This document shows positions 18,132 through 26,505 of a stretch of DNA of 64,000 nucleotides, in pieces. Location of the stretch: the sequence record MK514281.1; one strand, written 5' to 3'. Made by a program: the position numbers and the translations under genes. Position 1 is the stretch's first letter. Every line of letters begins with the position of its first letter. The notes under the pieces were generated by a model. That model saw nothing but the letters and a program-made list of their open reading frames with translations, was not told the DNA's origin and searched no databases.

Positions 18132-18914
18132 ATGGCTATGACGTTCGAAAAAGAAGGGGACACGTTGCACATTGTGCGACTGAGAACCAAAGGCTGGTAC
18201 CACATGACGGTAACCAGCGATCCTGATGCGAGTATGGATATCGTTAACACGAACTTACGTCAGGGCACTTTTACTGATCCACTTTTACAACACCAGTACG
18301 ACATCTGTAAAAAAGAGATGGGACAAGATCCCAATCCAAATGACATCGTTTTCCACCAGTTCGTGACCACGCCAGACCAGACCGGGTATCAGTCTGGCCA
18401 CTGGATGATTCGTGATCACATTCGCCACGGCTATTCACTGAAGTGCCTGACTAACATCGGTGACTGGCTTTCGACCGCAGCCTATCTTTATATCCCAGAC
18501 CCTGATGATAAAGAGGGCGGTGAGAGAAAATACAAAGTAACTGACTTAGGTAAGTATCTCGACAAGGAAGAGTTGTTGGGTCACTCCGACCACCTGCCGA
18601 TGTATTTCTTGCCTGATGAGGAACCGGGTGACAGCTATGATGAGTTGATTGAAACCCATCGTCTCCCGCAACCTGACAAAGGTTACTCTTGTGTGGCCAT
18701 CAAGAACGGTATGTCGTTTAGTTTGCTGACGTACAACAACTCCAAGCGGGTGCTTTCAGAAGAGGAAGAACTGCAAACCACAACCGTCCCAGTCAGGGCA
18801 GATGGTTTGCTGTACAGCTCCGTCTTAGAGTTGGCTATGGCTAAGAACGCCCCAGTCTGGTTTGTCTTGGAGATGCTAACCTCCGAAACCGACCCAAACT
18901 GGCATTTCGTCTAA
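18132..18914 (+). CDS. Hypothetical protein with C-terminal NUMOD1-like module; paralogue of 13870-14586
   Basis: CLTNIGDWLS...YKVTDLGKYL; C-terminal ADGLLYSSVLELA...W. Confidence 0.65.
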   Translation: MAMTFEKEGDTLHIVRLRTKGWYHMTVTSDPDASMDIVNTNLRQGTFTDPLLQHQYDICKKEMGQDPNPNDIVFHQFVTTPDQTGYQSGHWMIRDHIRHGYSLKCLTNIGDWLSTAAYLYIPDPDDKEGGERKYKVTDLGKYLDKEELLGHSDHLPMYFLPDEEPGDSYDELIETHRLPQPDKGYSCVAIKNGMSFSLLTYNNSKRVLSEEEELQTTTVPVRADGLLYSSVLELAMAKNAPVWFVLEMLTSETDPNWHFV

Positions 18915-19002
18915 CCGAGATTGGCTGTGGGGAATCCTATGCAATTGCAAAGTGTAGAGAGAACCACGGCCAATCGTAAGCTGTATCATAAGGAGAGAGA
19001 TT

Positions 19003-20583
19003 GTGAGTGAAGCTAACCAGAACATCGTAGAAAGCTACGACGACCTGCCGAAGAACGCGCAGAAAGGTGATCGCTATACAGTGCGTGAAGACGCGATCGT
19101 TTATGAACTCCAGGAAGATGGTTCTTGGAAAGACGTAGACATCAACGAACAGGTTGATCAGGAAAACGAAGAGCAGGCGCAGACCGAAGATGGTCAGCAG
19201 TCTGACACTGGCGCAACTGATCAGCCAGCCTCTGATGAAGAGAGCGATGCTGATTCGTCTGAAACGGCAGCTACCGATGAAGAAGACCAGGTAGATGACA
19301 ACGGCGATGACAAGCAGACTCCGGCTGAAGAGAAGCAGGAGGAAGCAGCGCAGGCGGTTGATGAAACCCAACCACGTGATGACCCTTACGTACGAGGAGC
19401 GAACAGCGATGCCAATCCGGCACAACCTGAAGATGCGAATCAAACGCAAGATCAGACTGACGAAGCAGGACAAACTCCTGATTCTTCTGACGATACCAAC
19501 ACGCAGCAGGAAAGCACTGATGGCGTTGCGACGCAGGATGCGAAAGAGCAGGCTAACATCCCGGAAGGGGTAGATCCTGAAGAAGCGCAACCTGACAACC
19601 AACCGCTGGCAGTAGCGCCAGTTGAGCAACCCCCTGTCCAGCACGAAGCGGTCGCGGTTGATCCTAACGCCGACCAGCCATCACCTGAAGCGCGTCCAGA
19701 CAGCAAGATCGAAGAAGCGGCTGAACTGAACGCACAGAAAGAAGATGCGGTTCGTGATGAGATCGCTGAAGCCGGTGCTGATGCACAAGCTGCGACCTCT
19801 GCTGAGCAGACTGACGCTGGCAAAGCCAAAGAAGACGCACAGGCTGAAGGCCAGTTGCCGAACGATGGTGCTGCTGATGATGTCGCCGCTGGTAAACCAC
19901 GTAATGACCAGACCTACACCGAAGATCAGAAAGCAGCGAACACGCCAGCTCCTGAAATCGTGCAGGCTCAGGAAAACCATACGTCAGAGCCCGATCCGGT
20001 AGTCAGCCAGGAAGAGACCCATGTGCAGAACGCCACGGACCCTGACCAGCCGACTATTATCCCGCAGGAAGCGAAGTCTGAATCACTGGCGCATCAAGCG
20101 GCTGATCCAACGCAGGAAACTGTGTTTGTTAAGCAGGATGAAAACCTGGACCCGGAAGTGCGCGTGCTGCAACAGCGCATTGAAGAGTACATCGGCAACA
20201 TGGGTGTGAACGGTAAGCACGATCGCCGTGACGGTCCGAAGTATCAGGCTCGCCTGTACAAAGACTTGCACTCCATCATGGCGCTGGAGCCAGTGAAGTT
20301 CAAGCAAGTGATGGACTACCTGCTGAACCGTGTGTATGAAGAACGTGCCGGTGCTTTCTCTGACACCTATACGCGCCGTTACTTCGATCAGCTGTCACCG
20401 ATGCACATGCAGACCGATCGCGTGCGTGAGTTTGACAACATCCTCTCGCTGGTAACTACTGTGGGTCATTCCAAAAACCGCAGTCGTGCCCTGCAGCAGG
20501 TTGATCTGCAACGCGCCCTGAAGAATATTCAGGATGCCGGTAAGCAGCAGCGTATGGCAGCGTACTTTGATGCTCTGCGTTAA
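19003..20583 (+). CDS. Protein with about 370 aa acidic disordered N-terminus and a helical C-terminal domain
   Basis: GTG start behind aggaga; D/E/Q/A/P-rich up to about EVRVLQQRIEEY. Confidence 0.8.
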   Translation: MSEANQNIVESYDDLPKNAQKGDRYTVREDAIVYELQEDGSWKDVDINEQVDQENEEQAQTEDGQQSDTGATDQPASDEESDADSSETAATDEEDQVDDNGDDKQTPAEEKQEEAAQAVDETQPRDDPYVRGANSDANPAQPEDANQTQDQTDEAGQTPDSSDDTNTQQESTDGVATQDAKEQANIPEGVDPEEAQPDNQPLAVAPVEQPPVQHEAVAVDPNADQPSPEARPDSKIEEAAELNAQKEDAVRDEIAEAGADAQAATSAEQTDAGKAKEDAQAEGQLPNDGAADDVAAGKPRNDQTYTEDQKAANTPAPEIVQAQENHTSEPDPVVSQEETHVQNATDPDQPTIIPQEAKSESLAHQAADPTQETVFVKQDENLDPEVRVLQQRIEEYIGNMGVNGKHDRRDGPKYQARLYKDLHSIMALEPVKFKQVMDYLLNRVYEERAGAFSDTYTRRYFDQLSPMHMQTDRVREFDNILSLVTTVGHSKNRSRALQQVDLQRALKNIQDAGKQQRMAAYFDALR

Positions 20584-20598
20584 TTGATCATTTGATCA

Positions 20599-20650
20599 GC
20601 ATAAGGAGAGGCCTCGCGCCTCTCCTGTTTATGCCGTCTTTTTTTTTTAC
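20599..20650. terminator. Bidirectional terminator GCATAA-hairpin-TTATGCCG + poly-T
   Basis: gcataa-ggagaggc-ctcgc-gcctctcc-tgtttatgccg between convergent genes. Confidence 0.75.
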
Positions 20651-21147
20651 ACTAAAATGCCGTTAAAAGCCACCGGGTCATTAGCCAGGAATGGGTTGTA
20701 CCGAACCACGGACTCTAACGTGTAATCGTAATAGATGAAATCCAAGCATTGCTCGCCCTGGTAGGTAGTCCATGACCTTGACAAGAAGCCATTACGATCT
20801 AACGAAATATACGCCGGACGGCTTGCTAACGGCGTGAGTTTCATTAATACCTGAGGGTGGTTGTTGAGGTTATCGGTAAAGACTGCAAGATTCGGGTGCG
20901 CGTGTCGCGCGACAGTACTTAATCTGGAGTCATAGGTGAACCACTCTTTATACGGCGTGCCGTACATGATCGTGGTACGTGTTACTGCGAAGCTGACATA
21001 CTTGTCTGGATATAACCGCACCTGGTCGTCACCCAGTGCATTGGTGTACTTTGTAGGGTTCGCTGTAAGCCATGCCTGGAATTGCGCATAGGTCATCTTG
21101 GTACCTATCTGCGGCTGCGGCTTACCACCCATTAACATCTCTAACAT
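20647..21147 (-). CDS. Putative accessory virion protein (MLEMLMGG N-terminus); paralogue of 21160-21669
   Basis: Shared ARHA.P, SRNGF, LDFIYYD, FNG.L motifs. Confidence 0.7.
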   Translation of the reverse strand: MLEMLMGGKPQPQIGTKMTYAQFQAWLTANPTKYTNALGDDQVRLYPDKYVSFAVTRTTIMYGTPYKEWFTYDSRLSTVARHAHPNLAVFTDNLNNHPQVLMKLTPLASRPAYISLDRNGFLSRSWTTYQGEQCLDFIYYDYTLESVVRYNPFLANDPVAFNGILV

Positions 21148-21159
21148 GGTAACTCCTGA

Positions 21160-21669
21160 TTAGATCAACACCCCGTTAAACGGTACCGGTGTGCCACCAT
21201 TTAACGGAGTCCACCGCATCACAACACCCTGGGTATTGTCGTAGTAAATAAAGTCAAGCAAAGTACGACCGTTAAATGATCCGTAGGAATTACTGGTGAA
21301 GCCGTTGCGGTTGACACCCGGATAGGAACCTCTACTGACATAAGGCCCAAGTTTCATTAAACAAAATTGTTTATTCGCCAACATGTAATCAAACATCGTT
21401 TGTGCCGGGCATGCATGTCGTGCGATCCTGGCCCAGGTTGAATCGTGAGTATAATAATTTAAATAGGGCGATCCCCACATGTTACCGCCATCGGCCGTCA
21501 TGGAGATTCTGGCATAGCCGTTCGTAAACGTGGTGGACGACGGTGTACCTGAACTGGACACCGCAGTGACCGCACTGTACTTAGCGGTATTGGTATTTAA
21601 CCAGTTAACAAAATCAGCATAGCTCATCTTCACAGTTTTCTTGCCAGCGTACATTAATAACTCGAGCAT
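21160..21669 (-). CDS. Putative accessory virion protein (MLELLMYAG N-terminus)
   Basis: ATG 21669 behind gaggtgg RBS; paralogue of the downstream gene. Confidence 0.7.
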   Translation of the reverse strand: MLELLMYAGKKTVKMSYADFVNWLNTNTAKYSAVTAVSSSGTPSSTTFTNGYARISMTADGGNMWGSPYLNYYTHDSTWARIARHACPAQTMFDYMLANKQFCLMKLGPYVSRGSYPGVNRNGFTSNSYGSFNGRTLLDFIYYDNTQGVVMRWTPLNGGTPVPFNGVLI

Positions 21670-21741
21670 AACTACCACCTCAAAATAAAATCCCGTTAGC
21701 AAGGGTTCTGGTTATCTAATACATGACTTATAGGATTTAGC

Positions 21742-21771
21742 CGGCATAACGGAGCAGGCAACGCCCACTCC
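21742..21771 (-). terminator. Hairpin + TTATGCCG (minus strand)
   Basis: Minus reads ggagtgggc-gttg-cctgctcc-g-ttatgccg after the 22789-21812 gene. Confidence 0.55.
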
Positions 21772-21811
21772 TGAATCCTGGTGTGAATAACGGTTGGTCG
21801 ATTGGAGTATT

Positions 21812-22789
21812 TTAACCCGCTGTAGTTTGATCTGGGTAACCTCGACCTGTCCCCCAGACAATACGAACAATACCATCAGCACCACTGCCTAACAAACTGG
21901 TGCCGTCACTCTTGTACTGACTTGCCCCGCCGCCTCCTGCACCCCCGCCTGGAATCGCGGTCGGTATCCCCGCTCCTGATCCCGGCAGATCCTTGATACG
22001 TCCTGTCGATTTAATTCCCCCGCCACCCCGGCCGGTATAGATCTTGGTGGTGCCTTGCGTTGTCAGGGTAACATTCCCGCCATAACCCGCTCCTGTATCC
22101 GTAGGGTTAGTGGGGGTTGCGCCATACGCACAGCCTGTACCACCATCACCCATGTAGCCACCCGCACCACCTCCGCCAACCGCACGTGTCGTTAATGACC
22201 CTGTACCACCCTTTCCGCCCGCACCGCCACCAACAATAGGTTTGGTAGCAGGGTGCTGGATAGGGTTATTGGCAATCCCCGCTAACACACCCCCGACGAC
22301 ATTTAACAACCCGCCGACCAAACCACCGACTAATCCCCCTACTATATCCACCAATACCAGATCCAGGAGATTACCGGAAAGTCCATTCGATTGCGGCATG
22401 ACGGTAACTGCCGTGTTACCGGATGCGTCCTCCCCGCCACCCACTGCTTTTAACAGATAAGTGCCATTACGTGCTATCCCGGAGAAAGACCCTTTATTCG
22501 CTGTGAAGGCGGTTTTAACGGGCGTTGGTGTACCAACCCCACCTTGCCCTACCACAACCGTCATCTTCTCACCAGGGGTCACAGGGATCGCATTACGGTA
22601 ACGTAACGTTCCGCCATTCCCGCCGGTGTGTACAAGGGTAGTGCTACTGGCTGATTGCCCGCCCCCTACTGCGACGGCACTCATACTTGTTGCCCCTTCT
22701 GGCACAATCAGTTCATACACCCCCGCCTTTGTGAAGAGCGTTTCTAGGGGTAACTTAATGTGTGTCTTGTTTAACAATAACCCAATCAT
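21812..22789 (-). CDS. Glycine-rich tail-fibre/virion-associated protein
   Basis: VPEGATSMSAVAVGGG ... GGGAGGYMGDGGTG ... GADGIVRIVWG, typical Gly-rich phage fibre domain. Confidence 0.7.
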   Translation of the reverse strand: MIGLLLNKTHIKLPLETLFTKAGVYELIVPEGATSMSAVAVGGGQSASSTTLVHTGGNGGTLRYRNAIPVTPGEKMTVVVGQGGVGTPTPVKTAFTANKGSFSGIARNGTYLLKAVGGGEDASGNTAVTVMPQSNGLSGNLLDLVLVDIVGGLVGGLVGGLLNVVGGVLAGIANNPIQHPATKPIVGGGAGGKGGTGSLTTRAVGGGGAGGYMGDGGTGCAYGATPTNPTDTGAGYGGNVTLTTQGTTKIYTGRGGGGIKSTGRIKDLPGSGAGIPTAIPGGGAGGGGASQYKSDGTSLLGSGADGIVRIVWGTGRGYPDQTTAG

Positions 22790-22846
22790 GCATCATCCTT
22801 CTAGAATGAGTACCTTGACGACCTACTCGCGTCATAGCATTCCAGC

Positions 22847-22890
22847 CGGCATAAGGGAGTGGATACCCTGACCGTAGCCAAGGTATCCAC
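22847..22890 (-). terminator. Hairpin + TTATGCCG after the DNA polymerase gene
   Basis: Minus reads gtggatacc...ggtatccac-tccc-ttatgccg. Confidence 0.6.
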
Positions 22891-22898
22891 GTGGTGCG

Positions 22899-24620
22899 TC
22901 AAGCCGCAGCCATGAAATCGATCTCGATATGTTTTTCTACCATGAAGTCTTTCAGTAACGTAATGGTCTCAGGTGCTTTGTACAACTTACGCGCAAGTTC
23001 ACCGGCATTGTTCATACCACCGGCTGCCAGGTTAACTGCTACCTGACGATACTCCGTATCATCCAATCCTTCGATCTGGGTCATCTCAATCCAGGTGGTT
23101 TGTTTCCCCACATTCATGATGACCGTACCGGTCGGATATGCCCCTTCTACGTCGATGTCGTTCGTACCTGTACGGACATAGGACTTGACGTTCGGCAGTT
23201 CTTTAAACATCGCTTTGCCGTTTAAGGCAACCAGCTCTGTTGGGAGCATAACGATCCAGCCACCGAGACCCTGAATGTGATCATCCAGTTCGGTACGCAT
23301 CTGATCCGATGTGGTACCCCAGATATACCCTTCTTTCATCACATCGTAATGCATCGCCTCAGCGATACGTGTCGGCTGCGATATAAAGTTACGGTAGTCT
23401 GACACCCCGCAGAACGTTGGAACCGCTACAGAGAGATCTGAGGTCTTCTCGTCCATCATTTCAACCACGATGCAGTCGAAGATGTTATACATCACATATT
23501 CGTACTTGTAGTTGCTCTGCATGAACTCATGCCAGTCCGCCCCGTGGTACCCTTCGGCTTCACTGAACTTCATCTTGGTCACACCGAGTATTTTCTCAGC
23601 GATGTTATCCAGTTTGTAGTTCAGCTCTTTACCGTTCATGGTGCGCAGGTAGTAATAGGCTGACATCGATTCAGCCCAACGGAACGACGCAGGGGCATTG
23701 ACGTAAGGCCACTTCTCATAGTTAGCTAATGATGTCTTGGTGACTTCTTTGCCATCATTTTTTACTTTGTGGGTTTTGCCCTCGTAGTAATAAACGTTAC
23801 GGTACTCTTGTGGTACCGAGGGATCGCAAATAACGTCAGCAGGGTTGATGCCGGCATTAGTTAATGTTTGGGTAAGGACCTTGTAGTCGAACTCGAGTAC
23901 GTTCCAACCAGTGATAAAATCAGGCATCCACTCATGGGCGCGTTCAAACAGTTTGACAAAGCCATCCGCCGCACTGTCAACCAACACGAACTCTGGGTTG
24001 GTGATGCTGCGTTTGGTTGCCCAGTCACCCAGGTATTTATCCCAGGCCAGTTTCAGCTTCTGATGAATACGCTCATCCGCTTCCCCGCCAAAGTAGCGAC
24101 GGATCACAAAGGTAAAGGTGCGTTCTTTAAAGGTTAAGGATGCCATGATCGGCTCACCCTTATACCGCTCGTCTACCATTTCGGTTTCGATATCGAACAC
24201 ACTGATTTTGTACGGTGTAAAGGTATCAGGAAACTTCGCTTCATACATCGCTTTGACGATCGAGGAGGGTTCAATGTCAGCGCCATACACGTACGGACTG
24301 CGACACACCCGACGCAACTGCTGATCAGTAGCGCCTTTTCCCAGCATCTTTGAGATGTGGTTAGGAAGATCCCACTGCGGGCAACTGAACTTCTGCAGCT
24401 TGGACAGCTCTTCGTAATCTTTCTTATCCTGGTGATTGCGGTACGCTGGTTTGGTGAGGTAGTAATCACGCTTCATGTCTTTGATGATGCGGGTGTGGGG
24501 TTTGCTGTTCCCGTTCTCGTCAATCACATTCTCTTTCACGAAGATGATGTCTGATTTGCCGCGCAGAGAAAGGGTATAGATCGCGTGCTTGCATTCGAAA
24601 CGAAGGTTATTGCTGCTCAT
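22899..24620 (-). CDS. Family-B DNA polymerase, 3'-5' exonuclease/N-terminal subunit of the split jumbo-phage polymerase (phiKZ gp82-like)
   Basis: ExoI FDIETE, ExoII ITGWNVLEFDY, ExoIII YNIFDC, motif-A-like DIDVEGAYP; motifs B and C absent. Confidence 0.85.
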   Translation of the reverse strand: MSSNNLRFECKHAIYTLSLRGKSDIIFVKENVIDENGNSKPHTRIIKDMKRDYYLTKPAYRNHQDKKDYEELSKLQKFSCPQWDLPNHISKMLGKGATDQQLRRVCRSPYVYGADIEPSSIVKAMYEAKFPDTFTPYKISVFDIETEMVDERYKGEPIMASLTFKERTFTFVIRRYFGGEADERIHQKLKLAWDKYLGDWATKRSITNPEFVLVDSAADGFVKLFERAHEWMPDFITGWNVLEFDYKVLTQTLTNAGINPADVICDPSVPQEYRNVYYYEGKTHKVKNDGKEVTKTSLANYEKWPYVNAPASFRWAESMSAYYYLRTMNGKELNYKLDNIAEKILGVTKMKFSEAEGYHGADWHEFMQSNYKYEYVMYNIFDCIVVEMMDEKTSDLSVAVPTFCGVSDYRNFISQPTRIAEAMHYDVMKEGYIWGTTSDQMRTELDDHIQGLGGWIVMLPTELVALNGKAMFKELPNVKSYVRTGTNDIDVEGAYPTGTVIMNVGKQTTWIEMTQIEGLDDTEYRQVAVNLAAGGMNNAGELARKLYKAPETITLLKDFMVEKHIEIDFMAAA

Positions 24621-24720
24621 GATGAATGATAATCCTATGTCAAAACACTACAAAGTGCACCAGTGTTTAATACGCGTTATAACATCAGGCGTGCAACTAC
24701 ATTTATACAAAGGAGATCAC

Positions 24721-25983
24721 ATGATCCTATCTAGCGGTCTGGAAGCGATTAGCTTTCAAAAGAATCCGCTCTTTTACAAACAGCTGGTTGTCGAATTCGG
24801 CCGTCTGATGGAACTTGCTAAAGCCAACGGTAAGAAGCGCCTGACCGAAGAGATGATGGCGCAGTCTAATCTGGCGAAGATCACCATGGCGAACACCGGT
24901 ATCAAAGTCTCGCCTGGAGTGGATACCCGCATGCAGTGTAATGCGTACGTTATGATCCCAAGTATCAACTCCTATCACGTCTTCAATGACCGCATGCGTC
25001 AGATCTTCTCAGGTTATGCCGAATCGTTTGAGCAGTTTCGTAAAGCCAACGATGTGCTGATTGGGTTGGTTGATCTACAGAACTCCAAAGTGGGCGGGGT
25101 CTTCTCGACTATCGATCACCGCATCTGTCTATCGTACGATATCATGACCGACTACGACATGACCCCGGGTGAAGTCGCTGCCATCTACATGCATGAAGTC
25201 GGCCATGCCTTTACCTTCCTGGAGATGCTGCATTATACCGCTACCACCAACCTGGTGCTGACCGCCGGCATTGAAGCGATCATCAAATCAGAAACTTCCC
25301 GTAAGCATGTCATCTTAAGTGATATCGAAAACTCCTTAGGGATTAAGATCGATAATAAAGATGAACTGGTCGCTTACGACAAGTATGAAGATTATGCTGT
25401 CACGATCCTGTCGAAGTACAACCGCACCTTAGCAGCAGCCCTGGGTTCACCGGCACACGATGAATCGATGTCTGAGCAGATGGCGGATATGTTTGCCACC
25501 CGACATGGCGCGGGATTGGATCTGGCGCGCGGATTGTCCCGTATTCACAAATATTACAATTCACCGAAGTTTAAGTTTGCCCGCTATCTGGAGATCTTTG
25601 TTGGCATCCTGCAGACCATGGGCTTGTCCCTGGTGTTCGATGTGCTGGGAGTAATCGTTGTCCTGACTGTCGGTAACTTCTTTGGTGGGACGTATGACCG
25701 GGCGAAAGACCGTTTCATCCGCATGCGTAATGAGATCGTGGTCGGCCTGAAAGATGAAGAGATCAGTGCAGCTGACCGCAAACTCTTGATCAGTCATATC
25801 GCCGAGCTGGACAAGATCATTGCCCAGGCCAAAAACGAAAGCTCCTTTGTCGAGCGGCTGTCCCTGGTGGTGCGCGCCAGCCAGCGTGAGCGGTATGCCA
25901 GCAAGTACCTGCAAAAGGATCTTGAAGCCCTTCTTAATAATCCGCTCTATGTCAGTGCGGCCAAACTGAAAACATTGCAATAA
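24721..25983 (+). CDS. Virion head protein with M48-like zinc metallopeptidase motifs
   Basis: ATG 24721 behind aaggag; N-terminal SGLE/A maturation site; EVAAIYMHEVGH; EQMADMFA; hydrophobic helix pair. Confidence 0.7.
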   Translation: MILSSGLEAISFQKNPLFYKQLVVEFGRLMELAKANGKKRLTEEMMAQSNLAKITMANTGIKVSPGVDTRMQCNAYVMIPSINSYHVFNDRMRQIFSGYAESFEQFRKANDVLIGLVDLQNSKVGGVFSTIDHRICLSYDIMTDYDMTPGEVAAIYMHEVGHAFTFLEMLHYTATTNLVLTAGIEAIIKSETSRKHVILSDIENSLGIKIDNKDELVAYDKYEDYAVTILSKYNRTLAAALGSPAHDESMSEQMADMFATRHGAGLDLARGLSRIHKYYNSPKFKFARYLEIFVGILQTMGLSLVFDVLGVIVVLTVGNFFGGTYDRAKDRFIRMRNEIVVGLKDEEISAADRKLLISHIAELDKIIAQAKNESSFVERLSLVVRASQRERYASKYLQKDLEALLNNPLYVSAAKLKTLQ

Positions 25984-25996
25984 GGATTCATCAGAA

Positions 25997-26503
25997 ATGA
26001 TTATTGACGTAGCAGAATTAAAGAAACAGATCGTGTCGGTGCGTTCTATTGCAGAGATCCCAACTACCCTGCGTACTAAACTGATTGAAACCGGTCTGGC
26101 CCGTGCGGTAGCGTATGGTGTTGATCTGCCAAAAGAGCTGGTCGGCAACCCGGTCTCCTATTTCGCCAGTAACGCCACTGACGCTAAGCAGGCACTGGCG
26201 GTGATCAACGAAACCAACGTGATCAACATCTCCCGTATCCTGTCACTCGCCACCATCATCTGGCAGGCACGCTACAACATGGTTTATCTGCCCGCCACTC
26301 GCGAGTCCATGGAGTTGACCCATCAGGTATTGTCCGATCAACGCGAATGGTTGTTCGATGCAGAGCAGCAGGATTTCCTGTCGGCGACCATTGGCGACGG
26401 TACGGTGCAAGACAGCCTGAAGCTGGCTCTGTTAACCTTCACCTGCCCGGCTGTGATCAACCCTAACCAGGTAGCACCAGTCACCACCGCTGACGAGGAG
26501 TAA
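25997..26503 (+). CDS. Putative virion head protein
   Basis: 168 aa, second gene of the head operon; synteny. Confidence 0.6.
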   Translation: MIIDVAELKKQIVSVRSIAEIPTTLRTKLIETGLARAVAYGVDLPKELVGNPVSYFASNATDAKQALAVINETNVINISRILSLATIIWQARYNMVYLPATRESMELTHQVLSDQREWLFDAEQQDFLSATIGDGTVQDSLKLALLTFTCPAVINPNQVAPVTTADEE

Positions 26504-26505
26504 TC

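Noticed and set aside
18937-19644. 235-aa minus-strand Leu/Ile/Arg-rich ORF resembling a membrane protein
   Set aside because: Antisense shadow of the acidic low-complexity 526-aa gene; no RBS; composition explained by reverse-complemented GAA/GAT/CAG codons.
24589-24720. ORF-track 5' extension of the metallopeptidase-like gene, and similar extensions at 790, 2573, 7983, 15334, 21702, 50693, 54032, 60019
   Set aside because: They overlap promoters, terminators or neighbouring genes; downstream ATGs have clear RBSs.
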